This document shows, in pieces, positions 39,063-53,023 of a DNA stretch of 60,000 bases. The position numbers were made by a program, and so were the translations under genes. The notes under the pieces were generated by a model. It did not search any database and was not told the origin of the DNA. It was given only the letters and a program-made list of their open reading frames with translations. The stretch spans positions 9,736,001-9,796,000 of the forward strand of contig CM075989.1 in NCBI GenBank assembly GCA_038087875.1. The letters are read 5' to 3'. Source of the DNA: Malacoraja senta (taxonomy: Eukaryota). The stretch's first letter is position 1. Each line of letters starts with the position of its first letter.

Positions 39063-40885
39063 AGATACTGCCTGACCTACTGAGTTCCTCTCTTACTGAA
39101 TTTTGCTCAGATTCCAGCATCTACAGTTTCTTCTGCCTATTTTCTTTGTCAATCTAGATTTATTTAATGACGTGTATTTAACCATTCAAGTGCCTTGGTA
39201 GGATAGGTCTAGAACTCTGACAACGTCTGGCAATTTAACCACTACTTTAGCTTATCCCATGTAATGTAATTAAAGCACAATATTGACGAAAATTTTCTTT
39301 TACAGGACCAGTTAGAAGTAGAAATCAACAATATGCAATTCAGTCTCTCCTTCCATAAGCTGTGAAGTAAAATTGATTAGCTTGAAACTAATGAAAGGGA
39401 GTTAAGTATTAGTACTTCGATGATAGTTACCTGTTCAACCTGCCAGAACAAAAAATTCATGGCAGTAATTTTTAAATGGCATTAAGACTTAATTATAGTA
39501 AAACCTCTAATTTGCTGCAATCTTTTCACTACCTCAATGCTTCAGATTTTAATTAATTACTGAGATTTTTTTAAAGGTAGAAAATACTTTGTTTTATTTT
39601 CATTGTTATGTGACATCTTTTTTTCTTTTGCTTCTTTTCATGATGTGCAATTGAATTAACTATTTACCCTCCCTTCCACAAAATGTGTAGGTCTTGAGTT
39701 TTCAAGCTGATTGGTTAAACAGATGCAGTTTTTTGATCTATTCAAGCAGATCTCAGATATCCTGCACAAAACCATGTCGTGAAATGACAAGAGCCTACAG
39801 AAGAAAAACACAAAGTGTTGGAGGAACTCGACAGGTCAGGCAGCATGTGTGGAGGGAAGGGACAGGTGGCGTTTCAGATCGGGACCCTTCTTCAGTCTGA
39901 ATTGTTCATTTATTTTTGCCTACAAAATCCAGGGTGATCTTTTTTTTTTTTTTTTAATACTGAAGGAAACAAATGAGAATTTAACAAATCCACTGCTACA
40001 TTTACACCTGTGAAATATGTATAGAGTTATGGTGTTTTCCTATTGACCAAGTGGAGTAAGTCACAACTTCAGAATGTGATTTAATCATTCTCTCCTCACT
40101 ATCAATATAATTGAATTTGTGCCCTTCTTTTCATTATGACAGTGATTGCCTGAACAAATTATTTTTCATCACCCAAAGATGCTTTGCCCTAAAACTGGGA
40201 TCAAGAAATCTGCAATCTCTAAATAAAAAGCATCATTAAATGCACAACAAATGACAATATTGTATTGCTCACTGCTCTCTGTGCCATCTCTTCTACACAG
40301 TATATTTGCCCAGGAGTGGTAGTAAAGATATTACAAGTAGCTTCAATCACCCTGGACTGGAAAGGCACAAACTCAGCCTGCATTTGGTCCCTGATGCAGA
40401 CACCACAGGGGAGCTCCAATGCAGAGACCACAGGGGAGCTCTGATGCGGAGACCGTGCACGTCAGTGCAATTAAAGAATTGGTTAAGTAAGTGCGAGTTT
40501 ACATAAGTCGCTTATTACGTACGTTAGGGAGTGCCTATACTATGTTTAGGGCTCCTCTACATTGGAAAAACTAAACACAGATTGCAGGGCTGCCAACATT
40601 GGATGAGAGTTGAGAGTGACAATATTGTAAGGGAGCGTAGCGACCGGGGGGGGGGGGTGGGAGGGGGGTGTTCCCCCTCCCACGGTAGGGAGCTTTTGCA
40701 TTTTTCAGCTTGAAATTGTGCAATCTGGTGCATACTGTAGCGAGACTTTTAACTTGCATTTGAATGCAACATTTATGCTTTAAATTGGATTAGGTTTGAA
40801 TAAGGTTAGGCTAAATTACATTCCTAATTACATTCCACAATAGAGCCAGGCTCTGATCAACATGTGCAGCACATGAATGACTGTA

Positions 40886-40987
<102 letters not shown>

Positions 40988-42374
40988 AAAACTCAGAGAA
41001 ACAAAGCAAAAGTCGGACCCATCACTGTTCTGCACAAATAAATCAATCAACCTTGTTCAAGAAGGAACTACAGATGCTGGAGAATCGAAGGTAGACAAAA
41101 TTGCTGGAGAAACTCAGCGGGTGCGGCAGCATCTATGGAGCGAAGGAAATAGTCAACGTTTTGAGCCAAAACCCTTCTTCAGACGGTTTCAACCTTACCC
41201 TTTGAATATAGAAACAAGACGAAAATAATGCCACATATTCAATCATATATGGTTCAATGAAATTAAGATATACATGTAAAAATATATATGGAAACAGGCC
41301 CTACCGCCCACAAAGTCCACACCGACCAGCAATCTATCATACACCAATTCCATCCATCACGCCAGGGACAATTTACAGAAGCCAATTAACCTACAAACTT
41401 GCACTTCTTTCGGATATGGGAGAAACCGGAATATCCAGAGAAAACCCATGTGGTAGTAAGGCAGCAACTCTACCACTGCGCCACCGTGCCACCCCATTAA
41501 ATTATTTTTTTCTGTAATATATTTATTATGGTGTCATGTGAATAAAGATTAACACATGATTCTGATTTCTGCCCTTAGTTGGATAACACACATGTCCAGT
41601 CATTGTGTTTTATGGCTGGTTTTCAACCTCTTCAGGCTGAAGGTCTCGACTCGAAACATCACCCATTCTTTCTCTCCAGAGATGCTGCCTGTCCTGCTGA
41701 GTTTTTCTAGTTTTTAGTGTCTATCTTCAGTTTAAACCAGCATCTGCAATTCCTTCCTACACTATTTGTTAAGCAAAACAGGTCCTATTCTCATTATATA
41801 ATTTTGTGATCAGCGTGAGAGCATGAGAGTTTTGTGAAATGCGTGAGTCTCACGCTCAATGAGTGAGAGTTGGCAGCCCTGCTAATAATGCAAACATTTT
41901 ATGCAAGTTCCAATTGTTTGGACAAAAATCACTTATTACTGCTTTATAACTATTTAAGTTACATTAAGACCATTTCAGAAATTATGGCAGTCAACAAAAA
42001 ATCAACTAACAAATTAAAGCAAACTAAAAGAAAATAACATGTTCCCTTTCCTGACTCTACCTCATAAGTACTTTAACGCTGTTAACAGAGCAAAGGGATA
42101 TTAATCTCAAGAATCAAAATGGGGAAAGTGAGGGCAATTTTGCTTAAATGGTCATTCTAAGCCCATTCAGATCTGCATAGAGTCAGAGTTATACATGTAC
42201 ATGGCTGGCCCAATTTGTCCATAATGATCAAGTTGGCATTCTGCGTGCCCAGGGACTGGCTGCCGTTCCCAGATCAGCTCGCGTCCCAGGGACTGGCTGC
42301 AGTTCTCAGGTTGCCTTGCCTGCCCCGACCCCGTGAAAATGAATTGAAAAAACCCCCCGCGGTTTTTCGGGTTA

Positions 42375-42416
42375 CGGGCCGGATTCGGCCCGTGTGCCGT
42401 AGGTTGCCGAACCCTG
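42375..42416 (-). mobile_element. hAT-Charlie (MER58-like) terminal sequence
   Basis: Reverse complement CAGGGTTCGGCAACCTACGGCACACGGGCCGAATCCGGCCC resembles Charlie-group termini. Confidence 0.55.
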
Positions 42417-42744
42417 TCCTAGATGTTTGGCCTCATTGTGGTCCCCCCCATGTTTTACAACCAATTCACCTGGTTAGTTCAATCTCCGGCTGCTTCATGT
42501 TGTCGGCGACTGCACATCCAACCAAGAAAGAGAAGAAAAGAGATGCGACGTCACTCACAGCCGCCAACTGACGTGCTTCCCCAGACTGCACAGATCGCTG
42601 TGATGTGGCGCAAAAGAGACAAGCTGTGCAGGGACTGAAGACAGCGTGAGAATTCTGTCATCAGCGTGAGCAATGGCTGAAATGCGTGACTCTCATGCTC
42701 AAAGCGTGAGAGTTGGCAGCCTTGTCTAAGGCCAGGATGTGACA

Positions 42745-43240
42745 ACAGACACACAGGGAGTCACATACATAAAGGAAGACACACACACACACACAGGGAG
42801 ACAGACAGACACACACGGGGAGACACACATACACACAGGGAGACACACACACACGCACACACACACAGGGAGACAAACAACAAACACGGGGAGACACACA
42901 CAGGGAGACACACAGACACGCACACACACAGGGAGACACACAGACACGCACACAGGGAGACACACACACACACACACACACACACAGGGAGACACACACA
43001 CAAGGAGACACACACAGGGAGACAGACACACAAGCACACACACACACCTTTTCTTCCCCCTCCCTCCATCCACCCCTTCCTCCCTCCTGCCCCCATCCTT
43101 CCCTCTTTCCTCCCCTCCCTCTTTCTCCTTTCCTTCCTTCATCCCCTTTCTACATTCCCTCTCCTTGTCTCGCTTTGCCTCCATCCCTCCCTTTTTTTCT
43201 TTCCCTCTCCCTCTCTTTCCCCCCTCCCTCTCTCTCCCCG
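42745..43240. repeat. Minisatellite [CAGGGAGA(CA)n] followed by a polypyrimidine tract
   Basis: About a dozen gggaga(ca)n units to ~43046, then an almost C/T-only tract. Confidence 0.92.
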
Positions 43241-44659
43241 GCCGCCCAATGGGGAGTCTGGCGGGCACTGTGCAGCGTGGATTGGCGGCGCTGGCGCTGC
43301 CGTGTGAGTTGAAGGGCAGGAGCGAGGGAGGGAGGGAGGGAGCGAGGCTGCAGCGGCGGCCGGCAGCGCAGCGCTCACAGCCGGCACAGAGCTGCTGACA
43401 CCCGGCGGCTGCACATCCAACCAAGAGAGAAGAGACGCGACGTCAATCACAGCTGGCAACCGACGCGCTTTGCCAGACCGTGCAGATCCCTGGCACGGGG
43501 CGCAAAGGGACAAACTGTGCAGGGACTGAACTCAGCGTGAGAACTCGGTCATGAGCGTGAGGGCGTGAGAATTTGCTCCAAGGCGTGATTCTCACGCTGA
43601 AAGCGTGAGAGTTCGCAGCCCTGAGATTGGGTGGCTGCTTTGTGGAGCATCTGCTTTACCTTCTCAGGGACAACCCCGAGTTTTCCGTTTAGTATATTTA
43701 GTTTCAAAATACAGCATGGAAACAGGGTCTTCGGCCCACCAAGTCCATGTCGACAATCAATCACCTGTTCACACCAGTTCTATGTTATCTCACTTTCTCA
43801 TCCACTCATTACACACTAGGGGCAATTTATAGAGGACAATCCGTTGCTTGCCTCTATAATTCTTCATCCTACTCTGACATATACATCGGCAATGTTAAAA
43901 CGATGCCCAATGTAAGCTTGTGAAACAACATCCTAACTTCCAACTGGGAACATTATAAACCTTCCGATCCCAAAATGTACTTTCTCTGTTTCAGAACTGG
44001 ACAGCTCAGCTGAAGGTCACGCATGTGTAATAGTGGCTCAGTTTCTCTCTCTGCCTTAGCACACCCTGAGCTGTTGGGCATTTCGTTCAGCTCTACAGTT
44101 CACAGCTTTTACATACTTATGCTTATGTTTTCTTTCTCCAACTGCCCAAGTTAAGCCATCAACTGAATAACTGCACTGCATTAGAGAAATTCTCATTTTT
44201 CTATACATCTCCCAATCTCTCTGTAACTTAAAACTTGTGTGTTTCCTCGCTTTCCCATCTCTAATAAAGGACCAATGACCTGAAACCTTTTTATTTACAC
44301 AGAAATTGGATGACCTATTAAGGTGTTTATATCATTTTTTGTTTTACAGCAGCTGAATTTTCCCCCCCATTTTCACCTACCATCAACATTGCTAATTGGG
44401 AACACATCTTGTTTTAAGTGTCACTCTATCTGTTATTATATTACCTGAATGATCCTGCTCTATGTATGTATATCAAGTATGGCCAACCACGCAAGATAAG
44501 ATAAAAGAGTAATCCTACACAGAATTGCACCCAAGTTCCAAAATGAAATATTTTCTTTATTGGCTTTCATTTTCTTCTTTCAGTGAAGTGCAAAGGTAGG
44601 ACTGCATTAAACTTGAAAAATTACCTAGAGTCAAGAAAAGGATTGGAAAAGCCAACAGA

Positions 44660-45210
44660 GGTTAAATTCTTTGACGGGATGATCGAAACTCCAACGTCGG
44701 GATGGATTGGAACTTTCTTACCGGAGACCGCAGCTTCACGATGTTATAGGCCGCACGCCGGCAGTCGGAGCTCTTCTTCGGCAATCCCCGGCAAGGGATC
44801 AACCCGCTCTGCGATGGAAAGTCCACGCCTGCAGCTAGAAGCTCCGCAGACCGAGGCTTCAGGATGTTATAGTCTGCAGGCCAGCGGTCGGAGCAATTCT
44901 TCTGGCGATCCACGGCACGGGATCGCCCCGCTCCGCGATATTAAAGTCTCGCTGCACCCGCTGCTGAAGCTCTGGGCCGGTCTCCGAAAAAGGCCGCACC
45001 AATCCAAGTTGTTAGGCCGCGAGGGGGGGCAAAGATGCGAACAAGAGAAAAGTTGCATCTCCGTCGAGGTAAGTGACTGAAAACGGTTTCGCCCTATTCC
45101 CCCACACCACAACCCCCCACACTAAAACATACATTTAGACATACTTAAAAAAAACAAGTCAAAAGGATGGACACGCTGCTGGCGAGGCTGCCGCTCGTGG
45201 CGCCACCCGA
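44660..45210 (-). mobile_element. GC-rich non-autonomous retroposon fragment with ~120-bp internal repeats
   Basis: cttca.gatgttatag...gtcggagc..ttcttc.ggc.atcc.cggca.gggatc at ~44733 and ~44856. Layout resembles 6359-7160. Confidence 0.55.
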
Positions 45211-47167
45211 TGTCCGCACCGACCAGTGATCCCCGCATACTCAAAGCAATTTTTGGACTTTCCAATAAGTTGTTCAATAATATAGGTGAACAGAACAGTA
45301 ACCCGAAAAGATCACTATAAATGTGCAAAAATCTTGAAGAGTGGAAACAGGTTTGTGGTAGCAAAATATTCATTTTATTCACTAATTTCCACCACATAAC
45401 AACAGAAAAAGAACCAGGACTACATAGGGAATGAATCAACGCCTGGGGAAATGTTCCCCTTTAAATGAGTGTTCCCATTAACAGGGTGTGCCATTAACTG
45501 TCGCGTACTGGATATTAATCAAAAGACAATGCAGCAGAAAAATGTGACTGATGGACTGTAAAGACATTAAGGATGCTGAATTCAAGGCCTGAAATACTAT
45601 AATATTTTGATACTCATTATCAAACAATAGTGCCAGCTGCCGTTAATTTCATTCTTTCCCTTTTAAGTGCTTGAACAAAACACTTGTTTAATGTTAAATA
45701 GTCTTGCCCTGCTAAAACTTCAACAAACAAAGACCCCAAGATGATTAAAGTGATACTACACCTTTATGTGATTGCATTACATTTCTGTGATCATTTTCAG
45801 TCTGTATGAAATTAACGGACAAAGGACATTTAAGTTTACAACTTTAATCTTCACTAAATCAAAATAAACTTCTGGCACATAGCTACCAGGAATTCTCCTG
45901 AAAGCTTAATGATGCTTTTGGTCTTAACTTTTCCAATTATTGTGAGGCCGAACGCAAGGACCGGCAGACCATGGCCTGTGGAACCTCCGAGCCGACTTGT
46001 GCTTGTCCCCCGAAGACCAGAAATAGGAAGATTGAAGCTGGCAACATTGACGGACACAACCGCCGAGAAACGAGGACAGTAAGAGAGGAGAGAGGGAACT
46101 GTGATCTGGCCTACTGCGCCCTCGAGGTTGGCTGCGGGAAGCACCCCAGGGCACAAAGTTGGATGGGCGAGGAGAAAGACGTTCGCAGGTCAACCCGTAC
46201 GTCCAAGGGAAGCTGATGGGTGGAGGCCTGCAACAGCCTGGGGCTTGCCTGGAATGGGCACTGCTCATAACACCAAGAGCAGGGACTGGACTTTGAAAAT
46301 GGTGCTAAAACATGGTGCCTCTTGCATACCGGATTTATACACTATTTCTAATTTGCTAATTGGGGATGTGCTTAGGTGGCAATACTCTACTGGCCTGTTT
46401 GTAAGAAAATAATTTCACTGTGTATTTGCACTTCGCACATGTGACAATAAAAGCCCCGTTGAGCCATTGAACCAGATCGACTGATTTATGGTGGACAAAA
46501 ATTTCTTTTACATCTCATAAAAAATATTAAGTGGTAATACATTTGGCCTCAATGTGAGAAGGAGGAACAAAAACAAACCCTTGTGGTAAATGCCTCCAGA
46601 AAAGGAAGTAAGGTAGTGAAATATGATAAAGTTTTGAAAGTGAAAGTCACAGAGATTCAAATATTCAGAGTTATTCAGCACAGAAACAGACCCTTCGGCC
46701 CAATTTGTCCATGATTTGGTTTGATTTGATTTGATTCAACTTTATTGTCATTGTCCATAGTACAAGTACTGAGACAACGAAATGCTTTTTCCCCCATACA
46801 GCCATACGAATAAAAAATACAATAAAAGCACAGAACACGATAGACTATAACATAAAAATCCCCACAGCAGTATCAAAGTTTCCCACCGTGAGGGAAGGCA
46901 CCAAAGCTCAGTCAACCTCTTCGTTGATGTTCACCAGTGGTCGGGGCCCCCCTCCCCCCCCATAAAATACTGGAAAAAATCCCCCAAAACATACTTTAAA
47001 CAAACTAAAAATAAAAAAAGATTGAAAAACAAACAGACTGTAGGCAGAGGCAGCCATCATGCAGCACCCCCGGGTGCCCATCTATGCGAATTCCACTTGC
47101 CTGTGTTTGGTCCATTTCCTTCTCAACCCTTCTTCTTAATGTCCAAATGTCTTTTAAACATTATAAT

Positions 47168-47736
47168 TGAATGAATGAATGAATAAGTTTATTGGCCAAG
47201 TACGTACACATACAAGGAATTTGCCTTGGTGCTCCGCTCGCAAGTAACAACACGACATGGTGACAATTAATAATGACATCAAATATTAAACATTAATAAT
47301 AAAACATTATAGTTTAAACATGTGAAGGAAATAAAATACCAGAGCAAAATAAGGCTACTGACTTTTGGTTATTGAATAGAGCTATTACTCGTGGAAAAAA
47401 ACTGTTTTTATGTCTGGCTGTGGCTGCTTTGACAGTCCGGTGTCGCCTTCCAGAGGGAAGCGCTTCAAAGAGTTTGTGGTCAGGGTGAGAGGGGTCAGAG
47501 ATGATCTTATTCGCTCGCTTCCTGGCCCTTGCAGTGTACAGTTCGTCGATGGGGGGAAGGTTGCAGCCAACAACCTTCTCAGCTGATCGGACAATTCGCT
47601 GCAGCCTCCAGATGTCGTGCTTGGTGGCTGAGCCAAACCAGACCTTTATGGAGAAGGTGAGGAAAGACTCTACGATGCCAGTATAGAATTGGACCATCAT
47701 TGCCTGTGGCAGATTGCGTTTCCTCAGCTGCCGCAA
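47168..47736 (-). mobile_element. Rex1/Babar LINE 3' end
   Basis: ORF LRKRNLP...FYTGIVES.LTFSI.VWFG...LQRIVRSAEK...DPSHP.HKLF..LPSGRR...KNSFFP; (ATTC)n tail. Confidence 0.9.
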
Positions 47737-47929
47737 TTGTACCTGCCTCTACCACCTCCTCTGGGAGCTTGTGATAAATCCACCAATCACTGTATGAAAA
47801 ACATACCCCTCAGATCTCCTTCTCACCTTAAATCTATGCCCTCTTGGTTTAGAATTTCCCACCATGGGAAACTTTGTGAATATCCTATCCAGCCCCCTAT
47901 GTTTCAGGGAAAACAGCCAAAGCCTATTT

Positions 47930-48421
47930 AAAGATAGACACAAAATGCTAGTGGAACTCAGTGGGTCAGGCAGCAACTCTGGAGAAACGGAATAGGTGAC
48001 ATTTCAGGTTGAAACCCTTCCATCACCTATTCCTTTTCTCCAGATGTGCTGCCTGACCTGCTGAGTTACTCCAGCATTTTGTGTCTATCTTTGGTGCAAA
48101 CCAACATCTGCAGTTCCTTCCTAAACATTTTGTCTATTCCACTGCAAAATCTCCTCAAGGTATGCCTACTTTGAAGAAGTTCTCCTTCTCTCTCCGACGG
48201 AGAGTTCTACAACACCCTTTCTTCCTCTGCTCTCCCTCTGTGACTCCTCCTGCGTTCCAGCTCTTCGACCATGTTTTAACCCATGGAGAGCTCAGTCTGA
48301 AGAAGGGTTTTGACCCGAAACATCTATTCCTTTTCTCCAGAGATGCTGCCTTACCCGCTGAGTTACTCCAGCATTTTGTATTTTCTGTGTGAACCAGCAT
48401 CTGCCGTTCCTTCCTGCACAT
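47930..48421. mobile_element. Cluster of Penelope-derived hammerhead-bearing elements (fold-back pair plus a direct copy)
   Basis: Inverted arms at 47934-48020 and 48021-48125. Copy CTGAAGAagggttttgacccGAAACATC at 48297. Flanked by AGCCTATT (47921-47928, 48422-48429). Confidence 0.8.
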
Positions 48422-49414
48422 AGCCTATTCAATCTTTCCTTATAACTCAAATCCTCCAACATTCCTATAAATCTTTCCTGCACCCTCTCTAGCTTAATGA
48501 CATCCTTCTCATAAAGTGACAACAAGAATGCACACAATACTGACAACACTTAGTACACGTCACGTAAAATGTTGTCCCACCCTAATGTCGAAACCAATAA
48601 AGACAAGCATACCTAATACATTCTTCTCCACTCGGTCTACAAGTGTCTATACTTGGAGTCATAGTCATACAGCATGAAAACAAGCCCTTTAGCCCAACTT
48701 TACTTTCAGGGAACTATACATTTATACCTCTAGGTCTCGCTATTCAACAACTCTCGCCCGTCATTTACTGTAAACGTCCTGACCTGATTTAACTTACCAA
48801 ACTGTGTCATTTTGCACTTATCTCAGTTAAAGTCCATCTGCCCTTCCATTGCCACTTTCCCAGTTGATATAGATCCCGATACAACTTTCCTCACGGACCA
48901 CTAACCAATTTTGGTGTCATCTTCACATTTACTATCATGCCACATGTTTCTCTTCAAAATCATTTACATTGAAACAAACAATACAGCAACTTTCCCTGCA
49001 GCATACCAGGTCTCCAATCTGAACAAATCCCATCCACTATCACCGTTTTCCTACTATTATCACTTCACAACAATACTGAATATTACGCTGCCAGTATTGT
49101 CTATCTCTCAACAATGTTTCCACAGTAATTATAATATCACATAATTCAATCCGAGATTCAATAAACTTGAACATTATATCTTCGGCATACAGAACATTTA
49201 GAAATACAAGTAGAAAGAAGAGTCAAACTCACACTCATGAAGTTGAGACTACAAATTTACCAAATTTACAGTGTGGTCATTGATCCTGAAGTGAAGATCT
49301 GGAGTTACTACTTGTATATCATGTTATTACAATGTCCTGAACCTCTCTGCAAGATCACCAATTTTTGAAAGAAACTAAAACAGGAAAAGACAGCCACATG
49401 CAGCTTCATTCTTA

Positions 49415-50682
49415 AGCCCCTGTCCCACTTTCACGACCTAATTCACGGCCTCTGCCGAATTTGCCCTTGACTCATACTCGCAGCATGGTCGCCACGAGGT
49501 CGTAGGAGGGCGTAGGTTGGTCGTGATGCTAGTCGTAGGTACTCGTGGAATCAAGTAGGTTGCGGCATTTTTTTCTAGCCTGATAAAATAATGTCCACGA
49601 ATTAAAAAAAAGGTTGGCATGGAAAAAATCTATACTTTTTACTCGTAGGTAGGTCGTAGTAGGTCGTGATGCTAGTCATAGGTAGTCGTAGGTGGTCGGA
49701 GGCAGTCGAAGGTAATAGCTCCAGGGTGATAAAAAGGTCAGTAGAAAAAAAAGGTTATTTAAACAGCAGAACATCACCTCTGTCACTCCAAAGCATGTTC
49801 ATTCATAGCTGGAGAGTTTTTTTGGAGAGGAGGCTTATGTTTTAGTGATGCAAAAAAGGCAGCAGCGCAGGGGGAGGGCACAACCCTAAATAAAACGGCC
49901 ATGCAGGTGTTGCCCACCCAAGAGGAGTGGCAGGAGGTGATGCCACAGGAGGTGATAGTGCAGGAGGTAGCCCTGATTGAGAGACCCCAGGGTGGTAGTA
50001 TATGTCCCCACCACCACCCCATCCTTCACTGGCTCATTTGAAGGCAGCAAAGCAGCCCTTTCTCCTGTGTCTGACACAGCATCAGAGGCAGATGCCCCAT
50101 TGGTGGTGAGGGAGGGCTGGAGGAAGGTTATGCCCTACACCTTCACCAGGCAGCAGGAGGGGGACCTTGAGGAATGGTTCCAGCAGAATGCCATCCTGTA
50201 CGAAAAGGAAAATGAGGGGTACAGGGACAAGAATGGCATGCTTGCCATCCACTGCCCCACATGTGTGTTTAAAGTTCCATCTTTTGTCAAAGCCAAGCGC
50301 CACTCTCTTCCAGTCATCTGGTGTACTGGGACAGTCCATCACATCTTCTCCATTCACCGATTGAGACCTCTTCTTGTGCTTCCTCTTCACCCTTGCTTTT
50401 CCCCTTCTGCCTTTCTTAAAAGGCTGCTGAAGCAAAAGGGCTACAGCAAACAGCAGTAAAACGTACATGGTCGAAGCCAGTCTTCAACATAGTCGAAGGA
50501 GGTCATCTTCATGGTCGTGGGAGGTCTTCAACATAGTCGTAGGAGGTCGTAGACATAGTCGTGGAAGGTCGTAGGAAGTCGTACACAGTCGTGGAAGGTC
50601 GTAGGTTACCGCGACCTTGATTTTTTTAGGTCGTTTAAGGTCGTCAGAGGTCGTGAATTAGGTCGTGAAAGTGGGACAGGGT
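49415..50682. mobile_element. PIF/Harbinger DNA transposon, internally deleted
   Basis: ~30-bp TIRs (CCCTGTCCCACTTTCACGACCTAATTCACG); TTA TSD; minus-strand transposase fragment PSTPDDWKRVALGFDKRWNFKHTCGAVDGKH; plus-strand Myb/MADF-like fragment LEEWFQQNAILYEKENEGYRDK. Confidence 0.92.
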
Positions 50683-52034
50683 TTATGCTGCCCAAATCAG
50701 CATGATCAAACACCTCCTACCAACCTTTAGCTTTGTTGTAAGAGATATAGTCCCATTTGTGTAGTTTAGTTCATACCATGGTGTAATACATCTCAGAATA
50801 CGTTAAGAGACCAGTTTGGTACTTCCAAACTGCAGCCATGGAAAACATAGGCTCATTCATTTCAATTGGTTGAAAAGGCAGTACTTATTCCACAATAACA
50901 TTCTTCTATCTTATAAAATGAATTAAAAAGTGAGGAAGATATAGAAAACTCAAAGTTGATGATGTAGCTTCAAGTCTGGAGAGAAGACAGATTTAAGAAC
51001 GAGCAGAGGTCCTTGATAAGTCTACTTCAGAATACAATTTCAGATTTGAGACAGAATGAATGAATAATACTTTATTGTCACATGTGACAAGTCAGTGATA
51101 TTCTTTGTTTTGCATACCCGAGTCGCCACATAAAGGGCACCAACAAAGTTACAAAGTATCCCATGTCACCCCCTTTGTTCTTCCCCCCTCCCCAACATCA
51201 GTTCCCCCTCCAGTACTATAAACGGGTTCGGACACAAAGTGCTGGAGCATCCCTGGGGAGCATGGAAAGGTGTGTTTTGGGTCTAGACCATAAACTGTTT
51301 CTACACTATAAACTGTTCAGGTTACTTAAGCCTCTTGAGCTGTTCTATAATGAGACCATAATCTCTGTCACTTCTGCCCAGATTCTTTCATACCTTTGAT
51401 TATTAAAAATGCATTAAACTTAGAATTAAAAAAAAGAAATCTACATTTTCATATAACTTTTCATGTTCCTTTCAGAGGAGTTTCAAAGTTCTTCACAGCA
51501 ACTTAGTATTATTTAGGTGCAGACTCAGTCATAAATGCAGGAATTCAGACACAGCAAGCTCTGTACCTTTACCTTTGTACTGTGGGCAGCCTGATTATAT
51601 TCATGTAGTCTTTTGTTTTTGATTGGAAAGCACACAAACAAAAGCTTTTCACTGTATCTCGGTACATGTGACAATAATAAAATAAACTAAACTAAATGTC
51701 TACAGAAACTATGACAATGACAAGCTAATATGCTTTCTCTTAAGTCAACATTCACTGTGATAAATGCAGTCAGGCTATTAGTGTCAAATGATGTATTACC
51801 TGGGCTTGGTTTAACGTTGCATCCGAAAGATGTCACAATCCCCCCCCAAAACACACCAACAAAAATATAACATTCCGTATTGAGTTGGAATTTCAAGATT
51901 TTTGTGGCTTAGCCTGGGTACTGTATGGCACAATTTCATATTCCTTGCATTCAAATGCGTCAAAAAGGCGCAAGCGTTCCCTTCCTCCTCCCCCCCTCAC
52001 TTCCCTGTGCGTTATCTACAGACATACCTATTTG

Positions 52035-52700
52035 AGTGAGTGAATGATACTTTATACTTTATTGTCACACGTGACAAATTACAGTGATATTCTTTGTTTT
52101 GCATACCCAAGGTATGTAAAGAGTCGCCATATAAAGGGAGCCGACAATGTTACAAGGATCCCATTTTAACACAAATCATATTTAACATATTCCATTTGTG
52201 GTACCCCTTAATTCGCGGCGCCCCCAGCGCTCCCGCCGAGTCCTCCTTTGTTCTGCCTGTCGACGGTCCCCCCATGTCGGGTCGTCTTTGTTTGCAGCGG
52301 CACGTCCAACCTCTGGCACCAACGTAGCCCGTCCTCGATCGGCAGTGCCCGTGGCCTCGACCGCCTTCACCCGCACTCGACCTTGTCCTCGACCACCCTC
52401 GCCTTCTTTCTGGACCTTGAACGCCTGATCTCCTCGACGACAACCAGCCTGACCTTCTCACCGACCCAACCTCCTCGCAAACCAATGGCCAGACCACCTT
52501 CCGGACCGACCTCCTTGCCAGCCTGACCTCCTTGTTGGCCTGACCTCCTCGCCGACCCAACCTCGACCGCTGACGCCCTCATTGACCGCCGGTCCAACCT
52601 CCTCGCCAGCCCGACTTAGACCGCCGACGTCCTCATTGACTAGCGGTCCGACCTCGACGGCAAGTCTGCGACTACATTCTTTTTTCCACAGATGGGAACT
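52035..52700 (-). mobile_element. Non-autonomous retroposon with degenerate GC-rich tandem repeats
   Basis: The tail tactttattgtcacatgtgacaagtcacagtga... is shared with 35495-35620 and 51055-51170. Internal ccgacctcctcgcc-type repeats at 52370-52660. Confidence 0.6.
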
Positions 52701-52712
52701 GGGTGCAGTAAT

Positions 52713-53023
52713 GACAGTAGTGGGAGAGTCTAAGACCAGAGGGCACAGCCTCAGAATAAAAGGAAGTATGTTTAGAATGGAGATGAGGAGGAATTTTGGT
52801 ATCCAGATGGTGGTGAATCTGTGGAGTTCATTGCCATCGACGGTGGTGGAGACAAAGTCATTGGGTATTGTGTAGATTGATAGGTTCTTGATTAGTAAGG
52901 GCATCAGAGTGTACGGGGAGAAGGCAGGAGAATGGGGTTGAGAGGGAATAAAGATTAGACGTGATCAAATGGCAGAGCATACTCAATGGGCCAAATGGCT
53001 TAATTCTGCTTCTATGTCTTATG
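52713..53023 (+). mobile_element. CR1 LINE 3' fragment
   Basis: GESKTRGHSLRIKG..FRMEMRRNF...VVNLWSSLP, then tail ttctgcttctatgtcttatg. Confidence 0.88.

Larger units (their letters stand above)
46665..48960 (-). mobile_element. CR1 LINE 3' fragment carrying several nested insertions
   Basis: CR1 tail cagcacagaaacagacccttcggccc at 46676. Minus peptides KPRGHRFKVR and KDVIKLERVQERF. Pieces are separated by younger elements. Confidence 0.75.

Noticed and set aside
50082..50468. Domesticated HARBI1-like host gene
   Set aside because: Only a short stub, enclosed by TIRs and a TSD, and truncated just after the first catalytic Asp.
49487..50668. CRISPR-like repeated GTCGTAGG units
   Set aside because: Short degenerate repeats without unique spacers, inside Harbinger TIRs, in a vertebrate genome with no cas genes.
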